Origin: Lama glama | Lineage: Eukaryota | Assembly (NCBI GenBank): GCA_028534125.1 | Contig: CM052821.1 | Coordinates: 17,360,001 to 17,424,000 of the forward strand | Direction: 5' to 3' | Length of the DNA stretch: 64,000 nucleotides | Part shown: positions 38,991 through 51,598 of the stretch, piece by piece | Position numbering within the stretch: the stretch's first letter is position 1 | How the letters are laid out: the number at the start of each line of letters is the position of its first letter | Notes under the pieces: generated by a model | The model's input: the letters and a program-made list of their open reading frames with translations, nothing else | Database searches by the model: none | Told to the model about the DNA's origin: nothing | Program-made: the position numbers and the translations under genes

Positions 38991-39059
38991 ACCTGCACAA
39001 TCCCAAACCCAGCATCTGGAAATTGTGAAGAATGATTTCAAAGTCCGTTTGGAAGAATG

Positions 39060-39850
39060 AATGAGAACAGGCACGGCTCCTTCCAAGCCCTCCACCCTCC
39101 ATCCTCACCCAGATGCTAAATTCATTTTAAAGTCACTGTAATTTAAATAGAGTGATAATAATGCAGAAATGGTGCGGACAGATGAGCAGCACAAAAAGTC
39201 AAGAAATAAGCCTAAGCATACACGGGAATTTAGGTTACGATAAATGTGGCAGGTGGAATTGTTTTCAAAAATAATTAGGCTTTCATCATACCTAACAACG
39301 AAATAGGTTCCAGGTGATGTAAGAATTTAAGTGTACACAATGAAAACAGGTAAAAACCATTACTAAGCAATTCACAAAAGAAGAAAAACAAATGCTAAAT
39401 AAACATCCCAATTTTTACCCAGCATGATTAGAAAAATTCATAATAATACCTGAATCACTATGCTGCGCACCAGAAACTAACACAACATGGTAAATCAACT
39501 ATACTTCAGTAACAAAATAAATCAAATTGTAATATTTGAATAGTAAAGATACTGACAACTAAAATGTCGCGACAGAGACAATCAAGTACTGTAGAGCCAT
39601 TTAATGTAAAGACGTAGAGCTATTCGAATGACACAAAAAGATATTCATGATATATTGGCAAGAGAATAAACAAGGCTATGGAAGAGTGTGGATATTACAA
39701 CTCTGTTACATATTTGCATATAAAGAAGGGGCAATAGATTTGGAACTATTAACAGTCATTTTCTCCGGTGTTGGGATTACGGTTGGTTTCTGTTTTCTTC
39801 TTAGGTGGTTTGTGAAATTTTCTTGCCATGAGTATATATTACTTTTTTAA
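39060..39850 (+). mobile_element. Highly degraded L1M fragments
   Basis: aagcaattcacaaaagaagaaaaacaaatg...; 3'UTR-like ttaacagtcattttctc...tacttttttaatc. Confidence 0.5.
39446..39522 (+). mobile_element. Short L1 3'-tail insertion
   Basis: ctgaatcactatgctgcgcaccagaaactaacacaacatggtaaatcaactatacttca followed by an A-rich tail. Confidence 0.75.
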
Positions 39851-41472
39851 TCATAAGAAAGTACAAACTCTACTCCCCTTTACAGAGAAGTGTCAAGAAT
39901 AATACTGATAGTGGAGTTAATGAGTCAAGAGGAAAGAGCAAGTGCCTGTCATTGACAGGCAATGCCATTCTGAGTCAAATGTCAGTCAGACAGTCTCTTC
40001 TCTGTGGATTCAAGGAGAAAAACCAACACAGAAAAACTCTACTACTGAACCTCAAAAGAAGAAGGAAAATCCTTGTCACGAAAACCAGCAGAATTACTGA
40101 ATAAATTACAATATATTTTGCACTTCAATTGCATAGATAATGTAGACACTCAAACCTTACTTTCAGACTCAATCCCCATATCACGGCTGCCTATTCATCA
40201 AACCGTGTCAAATACCATAACCAGTACAACTTAGCTGTGAGACCATGCCTCTCTCTTGCATGGGACTATGTCACATTTGTCCGAATCCTCATGTCACTCT
40301 CTGTTTCCTCACTTATGAGACAAGGAGAAGCTGTTTTGTGTACTCTAACTTTGCATATCAAATATAGCATGCAGTAATACGGTAAATTTCATTTTCATCA
40401 TAATCTAATATAAAAAACACTAAATACCACCTTACTTTTGTAATGCGGTTTTCCAATATTCTTCTGTGCATACTAACCTATAGTCTCAAAAAGACCATGT
40501 TTCATGGAGGAGCAGGCATTTAAAAATATTATTAAATTATAGCTTGAAATAATATAATATTTAATAATTTTAATAAAATTTTATTATCATATCAATACTT
40601 TTTATATTTAATTTAATATGGGAATGCTATTAAATATTTCATTTATTTATTAAAATTATTATTATTCTCATTATCCCTACTTATACGGAAAAAGGAAGTA
40701 ACTATCAGAGTTTATTTTCCCAAGGGTTTTACAGGCAGTTACAAATTCAGATTGACACCCAGTATTGCCTGCGTGGTGGTATTTTATTTCAGCTTCTTAT
40801 ACAAATGATGCTTCTTCAACGAGAACAGGAGTTGACTGATTTGATTTTTTCCGCCGTCTATATAATATAGAATTTAATAATTATGGAGATGGAGAGTTCT
40901 GTCTCCTCATCATACTGACAGAGAAACTAAAGCCCAGTGAGAGTAACTCTTCTATCTCAGCTGTCACTGGCCGAACGGGAGCCGGACCTCAAGTCCCTGC
41001 CTATGTGGCTGTGCTCACGGTGCTACAGAGAGACCCAGAGCCCCTGACAGCCACAGCCATTTACCGAGTGTGTTCACACACCCCGAGTTCCCACTGTAAC
41101 CTCGTGAGGTACGATACTGCTGCTGAATACTGTCCTTATTTTATAAAGGGGTAAGTGAATGCCACTTGGAGAATTTAAGTGACTTTAAAACACTTTCAGT
41201 CACAACGCCAAAGGCTTTATACCAAGGCCAGAACTTCTATGCTCTAAAATCAAGACGGGGATGTGTTTTCTCCAATTAATCTTCAATTCGAAGGAATCCA
41301 TTGCTGAAAAAGTTTTGGAAACTTAAAATTATATAGCAATCTGATAAAAAGTTCATGAATTGGAAGACAATTATTTCCCAAGGGGGAAGAAGTCTTTTAG
41401 ATTATATATCTTCTCAAAGCACCAGCTGTCTGCAGATAATTAAAAATTGAACTCAGAATAATGAAAGCTTAC

Positions 41473-41725
41473 CAGTGTTTAGTTTAGCAAGAAACTCAAG
41501 AGTGCTTGGGTCCAAGTTCACCTTTGTGTCATGAATACCAGGAAGCTCACAGCTTAAATGAAAATCATCAATGTAAGCTTCCAGGGCTTCGGAGGCAGAG
41601 GAATATGGCTTCTCTTTGTACTGGATAGAACCATCAACATTAAAGGAGATGCTGTTGAGGATTAAAGACGCTGGAACAGAAGGTTCAGAAGCGCTAAAGT
41701 GACGTTTCTTAACTGACTTTTCCAT
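41473..41725 (-). CDS. First coding exon of a LAS2/C18orf54-like paralogue (LAS2 N-terminal domain); exon 41473-41771
   Basis: Translation [84 protein letters not shown]. Its core [27 protein letters not shown] matches human C18orf54 [27 protein letters not shown] (recalled) at 19/27 positions. Acceptor ccttttttgtgttcag| before 41771; Kozak gccATGG at 41725, with an in-frame upstream ATG at 41755; phase-1 donor ACTG|gtaagc after 41473. Too divergent to be the mammalian orthologue. Confidence 0.85.
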
Positions 41726-41979
41726 GGCTTTCTCAAAATGAGCTGCAATGTCCATTCATTTTCCAAAAACTCTGAACACAAAAAAGGTACACATGGTTTC
41801 AGTTGAGAGGAACGGATGATAATACCCAGAATCCTTGCTAATCTTCATATCCCACGTATTTCCTTTTTACAAATGAAATTACTTTGTATCTCCCTTTATG
41901 TGCTTTGGATATTGAGTGCTCCAGCAATGTTTGTTGATTGACAGTCTCACTGACATGGCCACAAGTGTAAAAACATACT

Positions 41980-42103
41980 GGGGAATAGCTCAGTGGTAGA
42001 GTGCATGTTTGGCATGCACGAGGTCCTGGGTTCAATCCTCAGTACCTCCATTAAAAATAAATAAATAAAAGAGCAAATTCTAACCTAAGTGAAAAAAAAG
42101 AAA
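41980..42103 (+). mobile_element. tRNA-Ala-derived SINE (camelid Vic-1 type)
   Basis: GGGGAATAGCTCAGTGGTAGAGTGCATG...GAGGTCCTGGGTTCAATCCTCAGTACCTCCA with A and B boxes, followed by an (AAAT)n/A-rich tail. Confidence 0.85.
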
Positions 42104-44904
42104 ATATATCAGGGAGCTAAGAGTAGCAGCCTTGCCAGGTAAAGCATAAAATAGAGGGGTTGCTTTTCTTTGTTTTAGTTTTGCTCAATGAAATAAGTAG
42201 TTCTGTCATCCTGAGATCTTTTTATTTGCTACATTAAGACAGGGCAAGCCTTCCGAATCATGTCATAGTTTGCACTTCCTACACCTGTTCCCACCTCACT
42301 GATGGGACAGGGAAAGCCACATGTAAAGACAAGAAGACAGCAACAGGGGATCCTGGCACAAAAGTGATGGCAAACAGGGACAAGGGAGCGAGATGGAGTG
42401 AGTGCTGAAAGGAGTAGAATTTAGTGGGGACATTGGGTCCTCCGATCTTCTGCCACTCTGGCCTCAGTGCAAGAGTTCATTGGCTGTGGACCTCTTTGGT
42501 ATCACCTTGCATCAATCACTGACTCTCCACGATAACTATTAAAAATAGGCATGACAAGTACCCTCAGTTTCAAAATGAGAATATGGTGGCACGTGGAGAT
42601 GAAGTAACTTGTCCAAAGCTATAGAGCAGGGGAACAGCCAAGGCTGAACCCCAGCAGTCGGATTCCAAGCTTGAACTTAACCACTGCCCTGGACCCACCA
42701 GACTACCACTTCACAGGGTGCTGCAACTGCCCGTGTAACCTTTGATTTCTAAATGTCAGCCACATCTAATGTGCCAGCAATGTCCACCAAGGTTGGGTGC
42801 CTAAATTCTATGGTCTCTTATTTCTCTAAAACGCCCGGAGTACGTGGGGGCATGTGCAAGGGGAAATCATCATATATAAGTGCCAAAGAGAGAGTACTCA
42901 CTTTTCTGGTCTTTGAAATTCAAGTGGATATGCTGCATTTCCAGAATGTTAACATTATGTGACATCATAATCCTTACAATTTTCATCTGTGGAATGTTTT
43001 TTAAGTTTCCTCTCATGTAATGGAGTTATACAGAAGCCTCTGACAACCAGAAGAAAACTACAAATTTTCCTACAAAAATGTACGTTAGTAGAAACAAATG
43101 CAATGGGTTCTAGGATGCCTGAAGCTCATTCATGCCCCCCCCCAATCTAAATTTAAAACTTTCATCTAAAGAAAGTGACAGATGATGGAAGAAAGGAAGG
43201 GAAAGAAGGAGAACTAGGAAAAGCACCTTAAGAAGATCCTTACGAGGGATGGAACTAACTAACCTGAAGTCACACATTCTTGGAGATATGATAATAAAAT
43301 GTCTTTTGACTTTAAAGGTCCAGCTAAAAGGCACTTTCTTTGTAAACCATGATCACGATCCTCTTCCTCCTTATCCTCCGCCTCTGGCTTTGTCAGTATG
43401 AATTAGTTACCGTTACAGACAATGCGCTTTAGCATGCGGGAGATGTGGGTTAATCTCAGGTCTGTCTTTTACCAGCTGCATGCCTCAGTCTCCTCCCTAA
43501 CATGCGATTTCTTCATTTTAAATTCTGCTTGCTTAGCTCATAGGATGGCTGTGCTTAATCTGCTGCTGCTTTGCACCAGGATGGCCATATCAGTGGTAAC
43601 ACATTGACATACCTTCAAAATAGCTGGAAAAAGCATCCAACCCCCCAACCCCCAACATACATCCCAGTGCCTTCTTGCCACTCCAGCCGTAGCCCACTTC
43701 ACCTGAAGCCCTCAGACCTTTCCGTGATCCAAAAACTTAAGGGATACCGTCTGGCTCTGCAGGACTCTGCTCCAGCCTACGACTGAAGTCCATTCTATCT
43801 GGTTAGTGTCTGGCCATACAGATTGTTAAATGTTTTGAATATGGTCCCTGAGAGGCTGTGGCTGCAGTACACGTGAATGTTTTTCCTTTCGGCATCCTTG
43901 GTGCTTCACCCCTCCCGTCTCATATTTATCATGGCTTGACCTATATGATAGGTGGGGATGTCTCTTCTTCCCTCTTCTCTTTCCATCATGTCCCAGCGTT
44001 CCCTCTCTGCCTGTCTTTCCCCCAAAACAGCTGAGTGACACAAGCGCCTCCTTCCCTGCACCCCACAGTGGTGAGCTCCACATCCAAGTGAGAGTACCCC
44101 ATCCCACTTGTGCAGCAACCAGAAACCCGTACCCCCATTTAAGTCATTAACAGACTAATGCTTTTACATGTTGGCTTGGGTCATCTGGCCAATGGGATAC
44201 CTCACTGGCCAAGGTCCATCTACGGCAGACGTACCTCAAGATGCAACAGGATAGAAATATGCCTTAATCTGTGGGCTTTGTCCAAGAAACTTAGTAAGCA
44301 AATAAAGCATATTTTACTAGAGAGATATTATCTTACTGGCTGCCAGTCTGACTCTTGAGGAAATTTTGAGCCTTTAAAGATCAAGATATGAACATGCTAT
44401 GTTTTGGGATCTGAATTTTTGTAAAAGACAGAGATATGCAACTGAAGTTTTCTCAGTAGAGAGAACCTAACGGAAACACTTCAAATGTTATCTTAATTGC
44501 AGACACTGTTCAAGTAACATCATCTTTGAAGAATAGTTTACATATCCTGGTCATTAATATTTACAATTCGGAGTTTAGATCACAGGCTAATCTTAGTTAT
44601 TGAAAAAGAATTCAAGAAGAAACAAATGTCTGAAACACATAGCACATTATGGATCAAAAAGATTCTCTTTGAGATTTGTCTGCTAGTGATTGGGTACATG
44701 GTACGTAATGAGCACCACCATGTACTGGTGTGCCCTGTGTGTCTTGTGTTTGGGGTATGTAATACTGCAGAGTAACAGACTGCAGTGTTGTGTAACATGG
44801 TTCTACAAACCCAACTGGCAACCCCTATACACTTGAGGATGAAATGCTTTCCTCCAAGTCTTCCTTCTCATTTATTCAACAAGTATTCACTGTAAATGTA
44901 GTAG

Positions 44905-45160
44905 TAAGGTGATATAAAGCAGAGGTTACGAGTCAGGCTCTCGTACCACGCTGATCAGTTCCAAATCAAGCTGCATGACTTTGGTCAAAATACTTAACTT
45001 CTCTGTCCCTAAACTTCCTCATCTCTAAAATAATCATGACAATAATATCAGACTCACAGGACTGCTATGGGGATTAAAGGAGATAATCTGGGTAATGCTT
45101 AGAACAATGTCTACTAACACAGAAAGTGCTCAGTAAACACAGTAGTAATTATTATTATTA
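44905..45160 (+). mobile_element. MIR SINE (near full length)
   Basis: Core tacttaacttctctgtccctaaacttcctcatctctaaaat...gcttagaacaatg...gtgctcagtaaa. Confidence 0.8.
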
Positions 45161-45414
45161 TTGCCTAGTATGTGATAATATACTACATATGTTCGGTCCT
45201 CCCAATACTGCTAGAACATTCATTTCCTAACAGGACGCACATACTCTGAGGTTTTATTGGATTCCACCGTGCCCAGACAGCCAGTGGCATAGCAACTCTG
45301 GAGTATTAAACACCAAAACAAGAAACCTAGAATTCCACTCAATGTGTCCATTAATCTCCTTAAACTCAGAGTCTATAGATGAAAGGATTATCCTAAAGCA
45401 GGATCGATACTTAC

Positions 45415-45462
45415 CTCATTTCACATCCTAGAATTTTCTGTAGAGCCCAGGAAAGTTGGAGC
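45415..45462 (-). other. Candidate 48-nt non-coding (5'UTR) exon of the minus-strand LAS2-like transcript
   Basis: Acceptor cctctcctctag|G and consensus donor GAG|gtaagtat, 3.6 kb upstream of the first coding exon. That exon begins with an acceptor, so an upstream exon is required. Confidence 0.35.
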
Positions 45463-48400
45463 CTAGAGGAGAGGCATCAGCAAAATTTAAATCATTTCCT
45501 AAATCTCAAGCTTTAAGAGCTACTGTGTTCTGCTCTAGGGACTGCTTTTCTCCCTATGTCATTTAGCTTTTTTCTCCTAACATTTTCAATTTCTCTTTAT
45601 TTCCAGATTGGAATACTCACAATTATTGTTCTTTTTTTAAAAGCGTGGATATGAGCACTTCAACAAAAATAGCTGCCAAAAGACTTTAAAAGATTGTATT
45701 CACTTCAATACAGCAAGACTAATTGGGGAAAACAGCAAACAAGCACACTAGGATTTTATCTGTAGGCCTGTAACCATTCACCGGCACACTGGCAGCATGT
45801 TAAGCAGAATTTTACAATATTGGGTAATGAACAAAAAAAACTCCCTTGCTTGGTGGAAATCTCTATGGACATAATTTGAAGGAGGAGGGAGGGGAGCTTT
45901 TACTCATTCTTTCTAAACTGAATACCATGATCCATCTCTTCTGAATACATTGTTTTTATTACGAAAAAGGTATTAGAATAAGGATAGAAGCTCATGGGGC
46001 TGCCAAGATGCATTTCCCACTAAAATGCACATGCATTTCCCACTAAAACCTCAGCAGAGGTTGTGGCATCTGGAAATATTGTGAGAAAGATTAAAATACT
46101 GGGAAGCAAAAGGCGTTCTGGGTAGTATGTTCAAATTTAATGGAAGAGAAGTATTCCACTTTTGGGGAAAGGTGAAAAGTTTTCTTAACGAAGAGTCAAG
46201 TGATGTGAAAAATATTTTTGTTCCATTACTTCTATATGCAGGTCCTATAGTGGGAGTTATGGACGAAAACAAGGAAATGGAGGAGATAGTTCTTTGCCTT
46301 CTAAAATAGCAGGAGAGAGAAACATGAGTTTGAAAGTTACTTGGCATTGGGCAGTTAGTGTTGGGTTGTCAATGAGTAGCGTCAACAACAGGGGAGCCCT
46401 TGTGCAGCGGGTGCTGGTGAAAGCATCTCACTGGGAGCTGGTGTGCCACGCCCAACTGCTCTCCATGTGCTTTTCCCACTCTGTGACCAAAGCTGACTTG
46501 ACTTCTTTGAATGTGATGAAAGATTTCCACTCTAGAGACTCTTATTTGGGACTTTCTTTAGGTCCTGTGTATACTTTGCAAATGGCAGGAAGGTGCACAC
46601 AAGGACTATGAAACAGGCTACAGTTTTCATCCCTAGTTTGTTTGATCTATAAAACAGGACCATCAGTTGCTTTACTTGAAAGATTCCAGAGGTAAATAAG
46701 ACCATCTTGAATAGTCCAACACTAGAGTATTCTAATTTGGTTGTTCTGGGATAAATTCTATTGTGCTTACAATTCTATTGGGCCAGAAAAGTTGTGGCTG
46801 GTGAGAGTGCTACGATTAGAGCTGAATCCTTGGATTCCTTGACATTGGTTCTTAGATCTCAGGCTCTCAGTTTCCACACATAATTTGCACAGTTTCTAAA
46901 TTTAAAATGGCATAATAATAAAAAAAATCTCTTTTCCACAAGTATGAATATGTAATCGATCTAATTACTACCCTATTATTATAACTTTGCAGACATCTGT
47001 TTGCCAAACACCAAGTAGCTAAAACCAGTCACTTTATAAATGTTCGGTACCCCTGTAAGCTGAACAGCTCACACTGTCACAGGGTATTTAGCCATTTTAT
47101 ACTAGCCCACCTATTTCCTGAAAGCATCATCTAGCATGAGTACTAATACTAATTTGAGAAATAGAATCATGAGCAACCTAACATCTCTGGATGAGCAATT
47201 CCTCCACTTAGTAATCTGCTGTAGTACAACGGGGGCTTCATCTCAGTATTACCTTTCTTCAGTTTCTTTTACACCTTAATTGAGCCTGTCAGCATTTATG
47301 TCACTGAGAGGATAGGAACCCAAGAAATTGTTGATCCACGCTAGAGCAAAAGGAAGAAACAATTTGCTATAAGAATGTGGTAGATCTACTGGAAACCCCA
47401 CCCCAAGAGAATCATTCCTCTGGCTCATACCAAACACACAGCAATGAAAATTTAAAACAAAATTAGGAGGGGTATTGCCACACTTCAAAACAAGCTAAGT
47501 TTCTCTGTGGACTGAACTTTGAACTGAAATAGACACCACTGGGTAGAGACTGGAGTGGCCTACTGGCCTCAGGACTAGACACAGACAGTAGTGATCGGAT
47601 GTACACAGGCTTAGGGAGAGCAGGGACTAAAAGCCCTTCACATGCAGAAGTCAATAGATGTAGGATCACCACATGAAATAGTGAGCTGGAGTGGCCATCC
47701 CCGCCGATGAGCAGAGGCTAAAAATTCTGTGACTGGCACCCAGGACTGTCATCACTGCCTGATTTGGGTAGAGGGAAAAAGCAGAGCTATGAGGCACCCA
47801 ATCTAGTTCCAGATTTAAACTTTCAGACGTAGGAAGGGAACCCCTAGCAATCACAAGAAGATCTGCCTCTCAGTGGTTGACCCCAGGAGGACACAAGGGG
47901 ACAACTACAAAAATTTTAGTCAAGGAGAGGTGATCTTAAGGGAATGAAAAGAGAAATCAACATAACAAAACCCAACAAAAACAACCAAACCCAACTTCTG
48001 CCTAAGATAAACTTGCAAAGAAAAGGCATAATAAAGTACCAAAGTGAATGCAATCAGTGCCCCAAATATAACAACAACAAATATAGGTCAGTTCTTACAG
48101 AAAAGGTGGAATTTGAACCAGACTTGTAGGTGTAAGTTTTGGAACAGTAGAAGAGGTAGGGGAATTTTGAGAAAGAGAAATGTCATATGTAAAATCATGG
48201 AGGTTGAACAAGGAATAATGCTTGGTTTCTGGGACACACTGGAGGGTTGACAAGAAAAGAGTTAGAGATTACGGGGGAGGAAGACGTGCTTTATAAACTG
48301 AGACCGGGCCAAACCACAGTGATGCCTAAGTGCCAGGAACAGAGGCTGAATTTGCTTTGTGAACAACTGGAGTAGGATAAGGATGTAATGAACAAAAAGT

Positions 48401-48699
48401 AACAGCATTACACAGGATGGAGAAGACAGGGAATGTGGAGGTCGTCAGACATCTGGGGAGGTGATGAGAGTGTTAAATGATGATGTCAGTGCTGTAAGGA
48501 TACAATAAAAATGGAGACAGACGTTTTGAAGGTAGATTTCGTAAGTAACAGACGGGGTTAGCCCCCGGGGATAAACAAGAGGGAAAATTTAAATATTTCA
48601 AGTCTGGGAGGCTAGTGCCACGAAAGCAATGGTGAAAATTAGAAAAGGCATTCTCTTAGGAATAAAGAAAAAAAATCTAATTTAGTCATGCTGTGTTTT

Positions 48700-49125
48700 A
48701 CATTTTTATTTTATTTTTATTATCTATTTAAAATATTGTAAGCAGGACGATGGAGAAAACATGAGATGCCTAAGTACCCATCATCAAGATTTAACAAATG
48801 TTTCTATTTTGTCAAACTTGCATCTGATATTTTTAAAGAAATAGTGTTGCAGATACAACTACAGACCAACATCTTCATCTCATTTCCCTCCCTCTTCCCC
48901 CAAAGGCAACCACTGTCCTCAAGTGGGTGTTGTTACATTTCCCCTGTGGGTTTTTTTTATACTTTTCCTACAGTTGGATGTTCCTATAAAACAGAGTATC
49001 ACTTTGTGTACCTTAAAAGAATCTCATCAAATCATTCTGCATATTTCCTTGCCACTTAAAAAACTCTTACTATTGTGCTTTGAACATGTATTCATGTGGA
49101 TGATACAAGCAGTCTTGGTTTATTG
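48700..49125 (-). mobile_element. Old L1 (L1ME-like) 3' fragment inside an L2 remnant
   Basis: T-rich start, then cttccccaaaggcaaccactgtc...cattctgcat motifs; L2-like sequence on both sides (about 48060-48700 and 49125-49200). Confidence 0.55.
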
Positions 49126-49479
49126 AAATGTCATCAAAGGGAAATAGCTAAACTGTAGGTCAGGTGAGAGACCAGAAGTGCTAAGTATTGATCCGAAGTC
49201 GATAAACACACAGGGAATAACTGAACGAGGAGTACGGATTTGTTTTCCAGTCTAGGAGGAGGCATCCACAAGACTCAGTCCTTTCCACATAAAGACCTGT
49301 ATTTTACTTACCTTCGGAAGCCCCAAAGCAGTAATCATGATGCGATACTCAACGTTTGTTGAAATGAATAAATGAATGAATGGATGAATAAATACCCTTT
49401 TCATTGTTGTTTTGTTGTAGAATTTGTTGTAGAATGTTCACTGTTGCAGTGCACAGCTTGGAAACTGACAACCACATGC

Positions 49480-50035
49480 AAAAACTGAACTTATAGAGAA
49501 TTTTGTTTGCCAACACAGTATTTTTTAAAAAGAATCAACATTTTAAAATCGGGACATTTCCTATTTTAAAAAGCCAGATTCCTGGCCTTTATCACAAAAT
49601 CTAAAAATCTGGCAAAACCAGGCTTGTGCATCTGCCTGGCAACAATCAAGGTGAGTAGCTGCAGCCACCTTTAAACAGACCATATGTTTCCAGGTTGACA
49701 CCACCATTTCTTCCCCATTGCCATTCTGACACCAAGGTCAGTTACCACGGACTATTGCTTGCACTGTTGTTTTCCTTATGGTAGGAGATATTTCATTGTA
49801 TTCTAGCCTCCAAGAAAAAAGAAAAAAATACAGACGGACTGAGAGGGCGCAGTGTCTCATGCAAAATTAGAGAGAACATATTTCTTTGCAAAAGTGAAGA
49901 CTGTCCTTAGGTATTTAACATGCAAACAGTGTGTCCAGCTCAGAGAGTCTAGGTCATGAGGAATAGCACTTACTTATTTATTAAATAAACATGAAATTCC
50001 TGGCTCCTGTACAGCATTTCAGTTTGCAACCCAGT
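49480..50035 (+). mobile_element. hAT-Charlie element (MER102-like)
   Basis: aaaatcgggacatttc...ccagatt...atctggcaa and terminus gcatttcagtttgcaaccc. Confidence 0.55.
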
Positions 50036-51598
50036 CTTCTCTTCTCAGATTCTTTTAGGGATGCAATATTTACGAAAGGCACCTCCTCTTTAGCTTTTTA
50101 GTATTTAGTCTCACGTGGCTTTCATTCCAGTAGAAAATGCTAATAACCTGGAAATCTTCCTAATCTCTACCGTCTCTACCACAATGACCCAACAGGACCA
50201 GCCATGACTCTGGCAGAACTATCAGCACATATAATATTCCTAAAAATTGAAATTGTAGTTTGGTTTTGATTTAAATAAGAAAATATGGGAGTGGTTCATT
50301 TTAACTCTAGTCTAGTACTGCCAGCTGGAGGGAAGTAATCAAGAGGTCAGATCTGACTCATCGAGTTGCCATCTTTATATGATGTGAGACAACTCTCTAG
50401 TGACATTTTCTCCATCAAAGATGCATCCCCCGCAAGGGTCCTGAAAGGAGGAAGATGATGAGCTGACAGCATGTGGTGTGATCCCCTGGAGAAGGCCCTT
50501 TCAGACTTCAAGAGGACCCCCATGCAAAGCCGAATATTTCTTTCTTTGAACGTCACTTTGGTGCTTAATCCTCATAGCTGTACAGAATACAGCATCAGAA
50601 AAGGTCGGTGGGGACAGGCAAGCTTAGTGTCCTTAAGTGGGGTGTCCTTGTGGCAGAAAATTCAAGTTCTACTCCAATCTTCTGCTCATGTGAAATAAGT
50701 CCTTTCAGGTCCTTTACATCAATAGAAGGTCATTTTTATTGAGATAATGGTCTTTGATTAGAAGGTAATTTCTTCCAGGCTTCAAAGTAGAGAACATCTG
50801 ACTCTGGTTGGAGAAGCAGACTCTCTGAAAGCAGCTCCAGCCCATACCCTCTGTTTAGATGGGCTTTAGCTGGTTTATTTCCAGCTACAACAGGTTTCCT
50901 TTTCACTGCATTTTAAAGATCCCCTCCACCTCAATCTGTGCCAAACTGCCATTGTCATAAAATTTTTCTTGGGTGGATAAGAGAAAGACAATACACAAGC
51001 ATGCTAGCCGTCATGTCTTCCAGACAACAGGAGGGAATTTTACGTGATTTTAAAGTTTACTCAAATATTTGAAAAAGTTATTTGGGAGATTTAACTTTCA
51101 TAAGTGAATAGTCTTCTCTCACCCTTAGAAGATAATTCCTTCCTGATAAACCCCTGGGAAGGCAAATTCTCAAGTTTAAAATGTACTTGTTAGTGAAATT
51201 AATGGTACACAATGATTTCAATAGTTAACAAACAACATACATAATGAAGAATGATTATTCAATTGACATGTTAATGCAAAAAAAAAAAAAAAAAACCAGA
51301 GAGGTAGAGACAAAAGAAATCAATAAAAACAATGGAAACAATACACAAGATCATTGCTACTATTAATTGGCAAATTACTTTGAGACCTTAATGTAGTCTA
51401 TGCTGACTGTGGATCTGGAGGAGGGCTCTCTTTGCAGCTAGAGTCAATCCTTATAAACGTGACAAAATGCCTAGTAAGTAAAGTATGGTACTAAATAAAC
51501 TTGTCTTTATTCTTGTAATCTATAACTTTATACAGCATCTCAGGGGGTGTGACTGCATATGTATATGGTAAGCAATCAAATTAAAATCCCTCATTTAA

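Noticed and set aside
41980-42050. tRNA-Ala-like sequence
   Set aside because: It has an A-rich tail, a degenerate acceptor stem and anticodon, and no oligo-T terminator, so it is a SINE rather than a tRNA gene.
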